Positions 18,620-26,761 of a stretch of DNA of 32,000 nt are shown here, piece by piece. The notes under the pieces are model-generated. The model ran no database searches. It had not been told where the DNA came from and was given only the letters and a program-made list of their open reading frames with translations. Each line of letters opens with the position of its first letter. Position 1 is the first letter of the stretch. The translations under genes were made by a program, and so were the position numbers. The stretch spans positions 121,206 through 153,205 of the forward strand of contig NZ_OMOH01000002.1 in the NCBI RefSeq assembly GCF_900289195.1, given 5' to 3'. This DNA is from Propionibacterium ruminifibrarum (GTDB lineage: Bacteria; Actinomycetota; Actinomycetes; Propionibacteriales; Propionibacteriaceae).

Positions 18620-19603
18620 CTAGTAGGAGACGTACACGTCTTCGGTGAGGGTCTCCAGGGCCGGTTCGGGGGCGGCCTTGGCCTGCTCCACCGAGCGGTC
18701 GATCAGCTCGCCGACCTCACGGTCGATCTCCCGGAGCTGCCCCGCGTCGAGCAGACCGGATGCCGTGACGCGCTGCTCGAACAGGGTCAGCGGGTCGTGC
18801 TCCGCCCTCGCGGTGGGCACCTCGTCGGCCGGGCGATAGGTCTGCTGGTCGCCCTCGAAGTGCCCGTAGTAGCGCACCGTCTTGCACTCCAGCAGCGACG
18901 GGCCGCCGCCGGCACGTGCCCGCCCGATGGCGGCCTGGGCCGCCTCGCGGACCTCGAAGTAGTCCTGCCCGTCCACCGTCATCGCCGGGATGCCGAAGGC
19001 GTCTCCGCGCTTGGCCACGTCGATGCCCTTCTGGTGGTACCGGCTCGAGGTCGCCTCCGCATAACCGTTGTTCTCCACCACGAAGATGACCGGAAGGTCC
19101 CACACCGAGGCCAGGTTGAGCGACTCCAGGAAGGTGCCCTGGTTCGAGCCGCCATCGCCGGTGAACGAGACGGCCACCTGGTCGGTGCCGGTGATCTTGG
19201 CCTTCAGGCCGGCGCCGCACACCAGGGGCGGGCCGCCACCGACGATGCCGTTGGCGCCGAGCATGCCGACGTCCACGTCGGCGATGTGCATCGAGCCGCC
19301 CCTGCCCTTGCACAACCCGGTCGCCTTGCCGTAGATCTCGGCCATCATGGCCATGACGTCACAGCCCTTCGCGATGGCGTGACCATGGCCGCGGTGGGTG
19401 CTTGCGATGTAGTCGTCCGCGGTGAGCAGACCGCACACCCCGGCCGCCACGGCCTCCTCCCCCGCGTAGAGATGGACGAAGCCGGGGATCGCGCCAGTGG
19501 AGAACTCCCTGTGCAACCGCTCCTCGAACTCCCGGATCGTCCGCATGGTGCGATAGGCGCCCAGCAGCTCGTCCGGGCCGATCCCAGTCGTCTGGCTCAT
19601 CAT
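18620..19603 (-). CDS. thiamine-diphosphate-dependent dehydrogenase E1 component alpha subunit
   Basis: TPP-binding motif GDGGSNQGTFLESLNLASVWDLPVIFVVENNGYA. SD GGAGGG favours ATG 19603 or 19600 over the track start at 19615. Confidence 0.9.
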   Translation of the reverse strand: MMSQTTGIGPDELLGAYRTMRTIREFEERLHREFSTGAIPGFVHLYAGEEAVAAGVCGLLTADDYIASTHRGHGHAIAKGCDVMAMMAEIYGKATGLCKGRGGSMHIADVDVGMLGANGIVGGGPPLVCGAGLKAKITGTDQVAVSFTGDGGSNQGTFLESLNLASVWDLPVIFVVENNGYAEATSSRYHQKGIDVAKRGDAFGIPAMTVDGQDYFEVREAAQAAIGRARAGGGPSLLECKTVRYYGHFEGDQQTYRPADEVPTARAEHDPLTLFEQRVTASGLLDAGQLREIDREVGELIDRSVEQAKAAPEPALETLTEDVYVSY

Positions 19604-19633
19604 GACTCCCTCCATTGGGTTGATGTCTTGAGG

Positions 19634-20626
19634 CTAGGGGCCCCACCGTTGCACCCGCGTTGCACTCATGGCGCGGGCCACGTCGATGCGCCACAGCGCC
19701 TCCACCAGCTCCATCGAGGCGCCCAGCCCGCCGGGGCGTTCGATGAGCCGCTCCCCGTCGAGGCTGATCGCGCCATGCCCGTCCGGGATCTCGGCCACGT
19801 CGCCCAGACGCAGGTACTGCGGCTGCGAGACGGCCACCTCCTCGACCACCCCCGGCGCCAGGGGCGCCCGCACCCGCGTGCCCTCGCCGAGCCGGACGCG
19901 GGCGGCAACCGGGGCGTGGCGAGGCGCGTCGGCCCGGGCCGCGACGATCGCGCTGAGCCCGATCACCGTGGGGTCGGTGAACACGGCCGTCACCTCCTCG
20001 ACGTGCTCGGCCCGCCACGAGGCGCGCACCCCGGTGAACAGGGAACGGGTCACGGCGACGTCCACGAGCGCGGCCTCGGTTCGGCCATCGTGGTGCACGA
20101 GGAGGGCGTGTTCCTGCACGCAGGCGTCCTCGCGGCTCACCTGCCCGGTGGCGACACAGCCGGTGGCCAGACCGGCCACGGTGGCCTCCGACCACCCTGG
20201 GAAGGCATTGTTGGTGCCGGTCGACAGCGGGGTCAGGGGGATGTCTCCGATCCGCCCGACGGCCAGTCGCTGGGTGCCGTCCCCGCCGAGTACGCAGATG
20301 GCAGCGACACCTGCCTGGCGCATGAGGTCCAGGGCGAGGCAGGTGTCGACGGCCCGGCCCACGACCGGCATGTCGAGCCAGCGTATGGGCGGCAGCGGCG
20401 CACCGGTCTCCAGCTCGATGCCCCTCCTGACCCTGGCCATCGGGCCGGCCACCGTGTCGTCGAGGGGCATGGCGAGCACCTCGTCGACGCCTGCGGCACC
20501 GAGACCGGCCATGAGCCGGACGGCCATCGCCCCCTTCTCCGAGTTGTCGACGACGGTCGCTGCACTGACCAGCCGCCGCACGTCGTGCCCCGATGCGCTG
20601 TTGACAATGACTCCGACACTCACCAT
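19634..20626 (-). CDS. ATP-NAD kinase family protein (AcoX-like)
   Basis: 330 aa with the GGDGT motif (VLGGDGTQRL) of NAD kinase/DAG-kinase-fold enzymes. Its position directly upstream of E1 alpha/beta matches acoX in acoXABC-type clusters. SD GGGAGG lies 6 nt upstream of ATG 20626. Confidence 0.75.
   Translation of the reverse strand: MVSVGVIVNSASGHDVRRLVSAATVVDNSEKGAMAVRLMAGLGAAGVDEVLAMPLDDTVAGPMARVRRGIELETGAPLPPIRWLDMPVVGRAVDTCLALDLMRQAGVAAICVLGGDGTQRLAVGRIGDIPLTPLSTGTNNAFPGWSEATVAGLATGCVATGQVSREDACVQEHALLVHHDGRTEAALVDVAVTRSLFTGVRASWRAEHVEEVTAVFTDPTVIGLSAIVAARADAPRHAPVAARVRLGEGTRVRAPLAPGVVEEVAVSQPQYLRLGDVAEIPDGHGAISLDGERLIERPGGLGASMELVEALWRIDVARAMSATRVQRWGP
19648..19665 (-). promoter_or_regulatory. 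direct-repeat box A (GTGCAAC-N4-GTGCAAC on the coding strand) upstream of E1 alpha
   Basis: Plus strand reads GTTGCACccgcGTTGCAC. The heptamers are 11 bp apart, 45 nt from ATG 19603, and are followed by a TAGCCT -10-like hexamer. Near-identical to box B. Confidence 0.45.
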
Positions 20627-20670
20627 GGCGACCTCCCTGCCGGTTGGTCACCCAGTGTGCGGCCTCAGAC

Positions 20671-20688
20671 GTTGCAGCCCCGTTGCAC
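20671..20688 (-). promoter_or_regulatory. direct-repeat box B (GTGCAAC-N4-CTGCAAC on the coding strand) upstream of the acoX-like gene
   Basis: Plus strand reads GTTGCAGccccGTTGCAC. The heptamers are 11 bp apart, 45 nt from ATG 20626, and are followed by a CACACT -10-like hexamer. 16 of 18 nt are identical to box A. Confidence 0.45.
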
Positions 20689-20744
20689 TGCCGCGGCATC
20701 CGTCCCATGATGTCCCGGTTCTCGGTGAACCTGGACGGGCGGGC

Positions 20745-22136
20745 TCAGCAGGCCGCTCGGCACAGGCCGTTCAGGTGCGCGTCGGCAACGGCCCGTTCGG
20801 CCGACCCGGGGGCGCACTGCTCGACGTAGCGCGCCCAGGCGTGATAGTCGGCCCCACCCGGTTCGCCGAGACAGTACTCACGCAGTGCCTGGCCGCCGGC
20901 GGCGATGGCGGCCGCGCGAACCGACTCGTGCAGCTCCTGGCGCAACAGTTCAATCGTCAGCGCGTCGGAGCGGGGCAGCAGCCAGCCGGTGTAGGAGCGG
21001 ACGGCGCCGCGGACGTCCCCGCGGCGCAGCAGCCCCTCGACGTCGCCGACGTCGCTGCTGAGCGGAACGGTGAACCGGTACGGGTCCCCGGCGAGGGCCG
21101 CGCCGAGCGACTGCCGGGCGCGGTGCACCTCGGTGCGGACCGTGCCCGGGCGGCCCCGGTCGCCGTACAACGCCTCGGCCAGCGCATCGGCGCTCAGCCC
21201 GTCGGGGGCCCGCGCGATGAGGGCGAGCAGGTCGGCGCGGCGCTGCGTGAGCCTGGTGACGCGACCGTTCATGCTCAGCTCGGGTTCTCCCGGGCCCAGC
21301 AGACGCAGCCGGACCGGTCCGGGTGCGGCGGATGGGCCCGGCCCGGTGGTGACGACCGTGTACCCCTCGTAGTGCTCGCACTCGCCGGCGGGCTGCCCGT
21401 CATCGCTGCCCCAGACCAGGCGCCCGGTCGGTGACAGGACGGCGGCGACCCGCCCGGCCGCTCCCGGCCGGGCGAACAGGTCGGCGAGGATCCGCGCATC
21501 GGCGGCCCTGCGCTCGACGGCGATCTGGCGCTCGATCAGTTGCCCCACGGCACCGACCAGGGCGGCCGTGTCGGGGCCGAACTCGCGCACCGGGCCGGAC
21601 AGGTCGATGACACCAAGCAGCTCACCGCTGTCCGGGTCGGTGATGGGCGCCGCAACGCAGGTCCACTCGTGGTGGGTCATGACGAAGTGCTCGGGTCCGT
21701 CGATGCGCACCAGGGCGCGCTGACTGATCGAGGTGCCGATGGCGTTGGTCCCGACGCTGCTCTCGGTCCACAGGACGCCCGGCGCCATGCCGATCCTGTC
21801 ACCGCGGCGCCGCGCCGCCGCGCCGCCGCGCATCATCACGATCTCGCCATCGGCGGCGGTGATGACCAGCAGACGCCCGCCGCCACCGCGGGTGGCCTCG
21901 ATCAGTGGGGCGACCAGATCCAGGTGGCGGGCCAGCAGCAGCGACTCGAACCGGGCCCCGGCCTCTCGGTCGTCGTGCACCATCACCGGGGTCGCCCGGC
22001 CGGGGTCGACTCCGGCGCGGAACGCACGCCGCCAGGAACCGGCGACCAGCGGTCTCAACCGCATCATCCCACCGCGTCCGGCCCGCTCACGAGCCAGCGC
22101 CAACACATCACCGATCTCAGCGTCCACAGCACTCAC
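20745..22136 (-). CDS. GAF-domain sensor fused to SARP/OmpR-type winged-helix (BTAD-like) transcriptional regulator
   Basis: GAF-like core (DGPEHFVMTHHEWTCVAAPITDPDSGELLGVIDLSGP). C-terminal RLRLLGPGEPELSMNGRVTRLTQRRADLLALIARAPDGLSADALAEALYGD...VHRARQSLG matches the trans_reg_C/SARP pattern. The start is uncertain: GTG 22136, GTG 22127 or ATG 22067. The track start at 22439 overlaps pfk. Confidence 0.7.
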   Translation of the reverse strand: MSAVDAEIGDVLALARERAGRGGMMRLRPLVAGSWRRAFRAGVDPGRATPVMVHDDREAGARFESLLLARHLDLVAPLIEATRGGGGRLLVITAADGEIVMMRGGAAARRRGDRIGMAPGVLWTESSVGTNAIGTSISQRALVRIDGPEHFVMTHHEWTCVAAPITDPDSGELLGVIDLSGPVREFGPDTAALVGAVGQLIERQIAVERRAADARILADLFARPGAAGRVAAVLSPTGRLVWGSDDGQPAGECEHYEGYTVVTTGPGPSAAPGPVRLRLLGPGEPELSMNGRVTRLTQRRADLLALIARAPDGLSADALAEALYGDRGRPGTVRTEVHRARQSLGAALAGDPYRFTVPLSSDVGDVEGLLRRGDVRGAVRSYTGWLLPRSDALTIELLRQELHESVRAAAIAAGGQALREYCLGEPGGADYHAWARYVEQCAPGSAERAVADAHLNGLCRAAC

Positions 22137-22228
22137 CCCGTTGTGGGTTCGGTGGAAGATGTTTTCACCGTAACCCGGCGCCGCGGTGGCGCGCAACAGG
22201 ATTACCGGGGCGGCTGGGCGCCGACCGG

Positions 22229-23350
22229 TCAGTCCCCGAAACCGGTGTTGACCTCCCTGGCGGCCCTGATCCAGGGATGATCGGTGGGGACGTAGCGGAT
22301 CTTGCCGGCGACCTTCTCGAGCGGGACGGGAACGGCCTCCTCGCCCCTGGAGGCAACCATGACGCCGAACTGCCCCTGACTGACCAGATCGGCGCCCGCG
22401 GTACCGAGCAGGGTGGCCAGCTGGCGGTCGCGGCTGCACGGGATGCCGCCGCGCTGGACGTAGCCGAGGATGGACACCCGTGACTCCAGGCCGGTGGCGG
22501 CCTCGAGCTGCTCGGCGAGGGTGAAGGTGTGGGCACGGTGCGAGGCCTCGACCACCCTGCGGTGCTTCTTGGCGGCCTCGCGGCTCTCGGGGGAGCCGGC
22601 CTCCCGCACGAGCGCGTCGGCGGCGGCGAGCTCTGCCGCGTCATCCACCGAGCGGGCGCCCTCTGCGACGGCGACGACGGAGAAATTGCTGCCCTGTTCC
22701 CGGCGGCGGCGGATCGTCTCGGCGATCGACTCGACGCGGTACGGCATCTCGGGCAGCAGGATGATGTCGGCGCCGCCGGCGATCCCGGCGCCGAGCGCGA
22801 GCCAGCCGGCGCGGTGCCCCATGATCTCGGTGAGGATGATGCGGTGGTGGCTGTGGGCCGTCGAGTGCAGACGGTCGATGGCATCCGTGGCGATCTCGAG
22901 TGCCGTCGCGAAACCGAAGGTCTCGTCGGTGCCCACCAGGTCGTTGTCGATCGTCTTGGGCAGGGTGATGACGTTCAGGCCGGCGTCGACCAGCCGCTTG
23001 GCGTTCTTGGCCGTGCCCCCGCCGCCGAGGCAGACGAGCGCGTCCAGCTTGTCCTTCTCGTAGTTCTTCTTGATCGTGTCGATCATGTTGCGCGGCGCGC
23101 CGTCCACCATCATCTTGTGGACCTTGTCGCGGCTGGTGCCCAGGATCGTGCCGCCGACGGTGAGGATGCCGGACAGCGCGGCGGAGTCGAGCTCGACGAA
23201 GCGGTTCTCGGCCAGGCCGCGCATCCCGTCCCGGAAACCGATCAGCTCCATGCCGTGGGTGCCGATGGCCGCCTTGCCGAAACCCCGGATGGCGGCATTC
23301 AGGCCGGGGCTGTCGCCGCCGGCGGTGAGGATGCCAACACGCATCGTCAT
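22229..23350 (-). CDS. pfkA: 6-phosphofructokinase (PfkA family; phosphoryl donor ATP vs PPi unresolved)
   Basis: [47 protein letters not shown] and GYVQRGG motifs. Strong SD AAAGGAG lies 7 nt upstream of ATG 23350. Confidence 0.9.
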   Translation of the reverse strand: MTMRVGILTAGGDSPGLNAAIRGFGKAAIGTHGMELIGFRDGMRGLAENRFVELDSAALSGILTVGGTILGTSRDKVHKMMVDGAPRNMIDTIKKNYEKDKLDALVCLGGGGTAKNAKRLVDAGLNVITLPKTIDNDLVGTDETFGFATALEIATDAIDRLHSTAHSHHRIILTEIMGHRAGWLALGAGIAGGADIILLPEMPYRVESIAETIRRRREQGSNFSVVAVAEGARSVDDAAELAAADALVREAGSPESREAAKKHRRVVEASHRAHTFTLAEQLEAATGLESRVSILGYVQRGGIPCSRDRQLATLLGTAGADLVSQGQFGVMVASRGEEAVPVPLEKVAGKIRYVPTDHPWIRAAREVNTGFGD

Positions 23351-23384
23351 GATCGTCTCCTTTCGTTTGTGCGGGCGGCCCGCT

Positions 23385-24836
23385 TCAGCGGACCAGGCTG
23401 GGCAGTGATTCGACGGTGCCCACGATGAGCTGCTTGAGGGCGTCCACGTCGTTCGGCAGATCCACGACACGGCGTGGCCCCTCCTCGATGTGGGCGAACC
23501 GTTCGGGCGTGGGCGGCGGTTCCCCGATGGCCTCGGTGATCGTCTCGGCGAACTTCACCGGCAGGGCCGTCTCGAGGACGACGACGGGTTCGTCCGCCAC
23601 GTACTGCTCGGCGACCTTGACGCCATCGGCGGTGTGCGGGTCGATGAGGATGCCGTGCTCGCGCCACAGACGGCCGATGGTGGCGACCCGGTCCGCGTGC
23701 GTCGAAGAACCGGAGACGAAACCATAGCCGGTGCGCACCGCCTCGAACTCGGGGGTGCCGGAGATGTCGAAGAAGCCGCCACCTGCGACCGCGCCGAACA
23801 GTTCCCGGACCCTGGCACCGTCGCGCCCGTACAGGTCCGCGATGAAGCGCTCGAAGTTGGAGGCCTTGGAGATGTCCATGCTCGGCGAACTGGTCGCCCA
23901 GGTCTGCTCGGGGCCGCGGGGACGGTAGACGCCGGTGCGGAAGAACTCGTCGAGCACGTCGTTCTCGTTGGTGGCCAGGATGAGGCGACGGATCGGCAGA
24001 CCCATGGCGCGAGCGATGTGGCCCGCGCAGATGTCGCCGAAGTTTCCGGTGGGCACGGCGAAGCTGATCTCCTGGCCGGGACCGTCGGTGACGCGCAGCC
24101 AGCAGCAGAAGTAGTAGACGACCTGGGCCACCAGGCGCGCCCAGTTGATCGAGTTGACGGCCCCCAGGTGGTAGGTGGCCTTGAACGCCGCGTCGGTGTG
24201 AACGGCCTTGACGAGGTCCTGGCAGTCGTCGAAGACGCCCTCGACGGCGACGTTGACGATGTTGGGGTCGGACAGCGAGAACATCTGGGCCTGCTGGAAC
24301 GGTGTCATCCGGCCCGCCGGGGTCAGCATGACGACGGCGATGCCGTCGCGGCCGCGCAGGGCGTACTCGGCGGAGCTACCGGTGTCACCGCTGGTGGCGC
24401 CGACGATCGTCATCCAGGAGCCGCGCCGGGACAGCTCGTACTCCATGAGTTCGCCGAGCAGTTGCATGGCCATGTCCTTGAAGGCCGCCGTCGGGCCGTT
24501 GGACAGGTGACCGAGCCACAGCGGCCCCGCACCGATGCGCGAGACCGGGACGATCTGCGGATCGGAGAACTTCGGACCGGTGTAGGCCGCGGCGGTGAGC
24601 CGCGCCAGGTCGTCGGCCGGGATGTCGTCGATGAACAGCCCGATGACACGGGCTGCCAGGGCCGCGTAGCCCTCCGTGGCGAGCAGCTCACGCCACTGCT
24701 CAAGGGTCTCGGCGCTCACCTGCGGGTATGTCTCGGGCAGGTAGAGTCCGCCGTCGGCGGCGAGCCCTTCGAGCAGGATGTCGCAGAACGGTTTGGCGTC
24801 GTCGGCGTTCAGGGCACGAGTCGAGAGATAGCGCAC
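23385..24836 (-). CDS. thrC: threonine synthase
   Basis: 483 aa. N-terminus MRYLSTR...GGLYLPE. PLP-lysine motif [18 protein letters not shown] start at 24836. Confidence 0.9.
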   Translation of the reverse strand: MRYLSTRALNADDAKPFCDILLEGLAADGGLYLPETYPQVSAETLEQWRELLATEGYAALAARVIGLFIDDIPADDLARLTAAAYTGPKFSDPQIVPVSRIGAGPLWLGHLSNGPTAAFKDMAMQLLGELMEYELSRRGSWMTIVGATSGDTGSSAEYALRGRDGIAVVMLTPAGRMTPFQQAQMFSLSDPNIVNVAVEGVFDDCQDLVKAVHTDAAFKATYHLGAVNSINWARLVAQVVYYFCCWLRVTDGPGQEISFAVPTGNFGDICAGHIARAMGLPIRRLILATNENDVLDEFFRTGVYRPRGPEQTWATSSPSMDISKASNFERFIADLYGRDGARVRELFGAVAGGGFFDISGTPEFEAVRTGYGFVSGSSTHADRVATIGRLWREHGILIDPHTADGVKVAEQYVADEPVVVLETALPVKFAETITEAIGEPPPTPERFAHIEEGPRRVVDLPNDVDALKQLIVGTVESLPSLVR

Positions 24837-24949
24837 AGCTGAAGGCTACCGGTCGCGGCTGTGGCGTCCGCACCGGCGGCGGGAATCGGCGCCGCTTCCC
24901 GCCCAGGTGGCACACTACGAACTGTCGACCACGGTCAGGAGGGTCCGCC

Positions 24950-25261
24950 ATGCCGTCGTTCCGCGTCCAGGTGTCCGTGCAGGGCATGCGGCCGGGGCAC
25001 CGCCCGCCGGAAGTTCCCGACACCGCCAGGCAGGCGGTCCCGGAGGCGGCGCACTGCGACGACGTGCGCGTGGACGTGCCCCGCGGGGCGCCCGTGGTGA
25101 CGGTGCGGTTCTCGATCCCCCCTGCCAATCGGGACGACGAGGACGCCAGGGCCTGGGCATGTGCCGAGACGATCCGCAGTGCGCTCGACGAGGTCGCCGT
25201 CGTCTCAGCGCCACGGGTGCTCAGGCGGCGCGGAGGCGAGTGGCTGGCGCTGCTCCGCTGA
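24950..25261 (+). CDS. hypothetical protein (103 aa)
   Basis: ATG 24950 is preceded by a strong SD AGGAGGG 7 nt upstream. Third-codon-position GC is high throughout, consistent with coding. I recognise no motif. Confidence 0.5.
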   Translation: MPSFRVQVSVQGMRPGHRPPEVPDTARQAVPEAAHCDDVRVDVPRGAPVVTVRFSIPPANRDDEDARAWACAETIRSALDEVAVVSAPRVLRRRGGEWLALLR

Positions 25262-25275
25262 GGGCCGAGCAGCTC

Positions 25276-26544
25276 TCAGGCAGCCGGCTCGCCGGCCCGT
25301 GCGATGAGCCGGGGCTGGGCGGTCCCCCGCACCGCGTCACCGGTGATGACGACCCGGGTGACGTCGTCCCGGCTGGGCACCTCGAACATGACGTCGGCGA
25401 GGGTCTCCTCGAGGATGGCACGCAGCCCGCGCGCGCCGGTGCCGCGTTCGATGGCCTTCTCGGCGACGGCGGCGACGGCATCGGGCGTGAACTCGAGGTC
25501 GACGCCGTCGAGCTCGAAGAGTTTCGTGAACTGCTTGACGAGGGCGTTGCGCGGCTCGGTGAGGATACGGCGCAGGGCCGTCTCGTCAAGCCTGGGCACC
25601 GTGGCGATGACGGGAAGCCGCCCGATGAACTCGGGAATCAGCCCGTAGGAGTGCAGGTCCTCGGGGCGCACGCCGGCGAGCGGGTCGGTGCCGGCCGGGC
25701 GGCGTTTCGCGTCGTCGTTGGTGAACCCCACCGTGCGCTTGCCGACGCGCTCGGCGATGATCTCCTCGAGACCGGCGAAGGCGCCGCCCACGATGAACAG
25801 CACATTGGTGGTGTCGATCTGGATGAACTCCTGGTGCGGATGCTTGCGACCGCCCTGAGGGGGTACCGAGGCGACGGTGCCCTCGAGGATCTTCAGCAGC
25901 GCCTGCTGCACGCCCTCCCCCGAGACGTCCCGGGTGATCGAGGGGTTCTCGGACTTGCGTGCCACCTTGTCGATCTCGTCGATGTAGATGATGCCGGTCT
26001 CGGCCTTCTTCACGTCGAAGTCCGCGGCCTGGATGAGTTTGAGCAGGATGTTCTCGACATCCTCACCGACGTAGCCGGCCTCGGTCAGCGCGGTGGCGTC
26101 GGCCATGGCGAAGGGCACGTTGAGCATACGGGCCAGGGTCTGGGCCAGGTAGGTCTTGCCGCAGCCGGTGGGGCCGATCAGCAGGATGTTGGACTTGCCC
26201 AGCTCGACGTCGTCGGCGACGCGCCTGGCCCCCTCCGCCTCGGTCTGGGCGTTGAGACGTTTGTAGTGGTTGTAGACGGCCACCGCCAACGCCTTCTTGG
26301 CGTCGTCCTGGCCGATGATGTATTGATCGAGGAATTCGCGGATCTCGGCCGGCTTGAGCAGCTGCGAGGGGGTCTCCGTCTCCCCGAGCTGGGAGAACTC
26401 CTCCTCGATGATCTCGTTGCACAGGTCAATGCACTCGTCACAGATGTAGACCCCGGGGCCCGCGATGAGTTTCTTGACCTGCTTCTGGCTCTTGCCGCAG
26501 AACGAGCACTTGAACAGGTCGCTGCTCTCTCCGATGCGCGGCAT
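25276..26544 (-). CDS. clpX: ATP-dependent Clp protease ATP-binding subunit ClpX
   Basis: N-terminal zinc finger CSFCGKSQ...[10 protein letters not shown]. Walker A GPTGCGKT. Walker [19 protein letters not shown] lies 6 nt upstream of ATG 26544. Confidence 0.95.
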   Translation of the reverse strand: MPRIGESSDLFKCSFCGKSQKQVKKLIAGPGVYICDECIDLCNEIIEEEFSQLGETETPSQLLKPAEIREFLDQYIIGQDDAKKALAVAVYNHYKRLNAQTEAEGARRVADDVELGKSNILLIGPTGCGKTYLAQTLARMLNVPFAMADATALTEAGYVGEDVENILLKLIQAADFDVKKAETGIIYIDEIDKVARKSENPSITRDVSGEGVQQALLKILEGTVASVPPQGGRKHPHQEFIQIDTTNVLFIVGGAFAGLEEIIAERVGKRTVGFTNDDAKRRPAGTDPLAGVRPEDLHSYGLIPEFIGRLPVIATVPRLDETALRRILTEPRNALVKQFTKLFELDGVDLEFTPDAVAAVAEKAIERGTGARGLRAILEETLADVMFEVPSRDDVTRVVITGDAVRGTAQPRLIARAGEPAA

Positions 26545-26686
26545 GGCCACCTCCTTGATGCATGCTGATCCGGCACACTCGGCGCCGGCCGGGCCACACT
26601 GAATCCATTCAAGCATGCCCCTGCCGGGCATGCCACGTGTGTCCGTACGCCACGCTCACCGCTTCAGGCGTGCCCACAAGACTAGC

Positions 26687-26730
26687 CCCGTCCGCGCAGC
26701 ATCCGTACCACGTACTGCTGCGCGGACGGG
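26687..26730 (-). terminator. perfect 15-bp hairpin downstream of clpP2
   Basis: CCCGTCCGCGCAGCA-(14 nt loop)-TGCTGCGCGGACGGG. It starts about 30 nt past the clpP2 stop, inside the 217-nt clpP2-clpX spacer. Confidence 0.6.
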
Positions 26731-26761
26731 ACGTCGTCCGCGGGACCGGCCGGGCCGGCGA

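Noticed and set aside
22150-22170. Imperfect inverted repeat CGGTGGAAG-ATG-TTTTCACCG in the lower-GC gap between pfk and the regulator gene
   Set aside because: It has two mismatches in 9-bp arms, and as minus-strand RNA these become A-C mismatches. It could be an operator or promoter element for the regulator, but the evidence is too thin to call.
26416-26434. GTTGCAC-N5-aaTGCAC, resembling the aco-cluster direct-repeat box, inside clpX
   Set aside because: The spacing is 12 bp rather than 11 and the second heptamer is degenerate. It lies within codons for the conserved ClpX zinc finger ([11 protein letters not shown]), so it is most likely coincidental.
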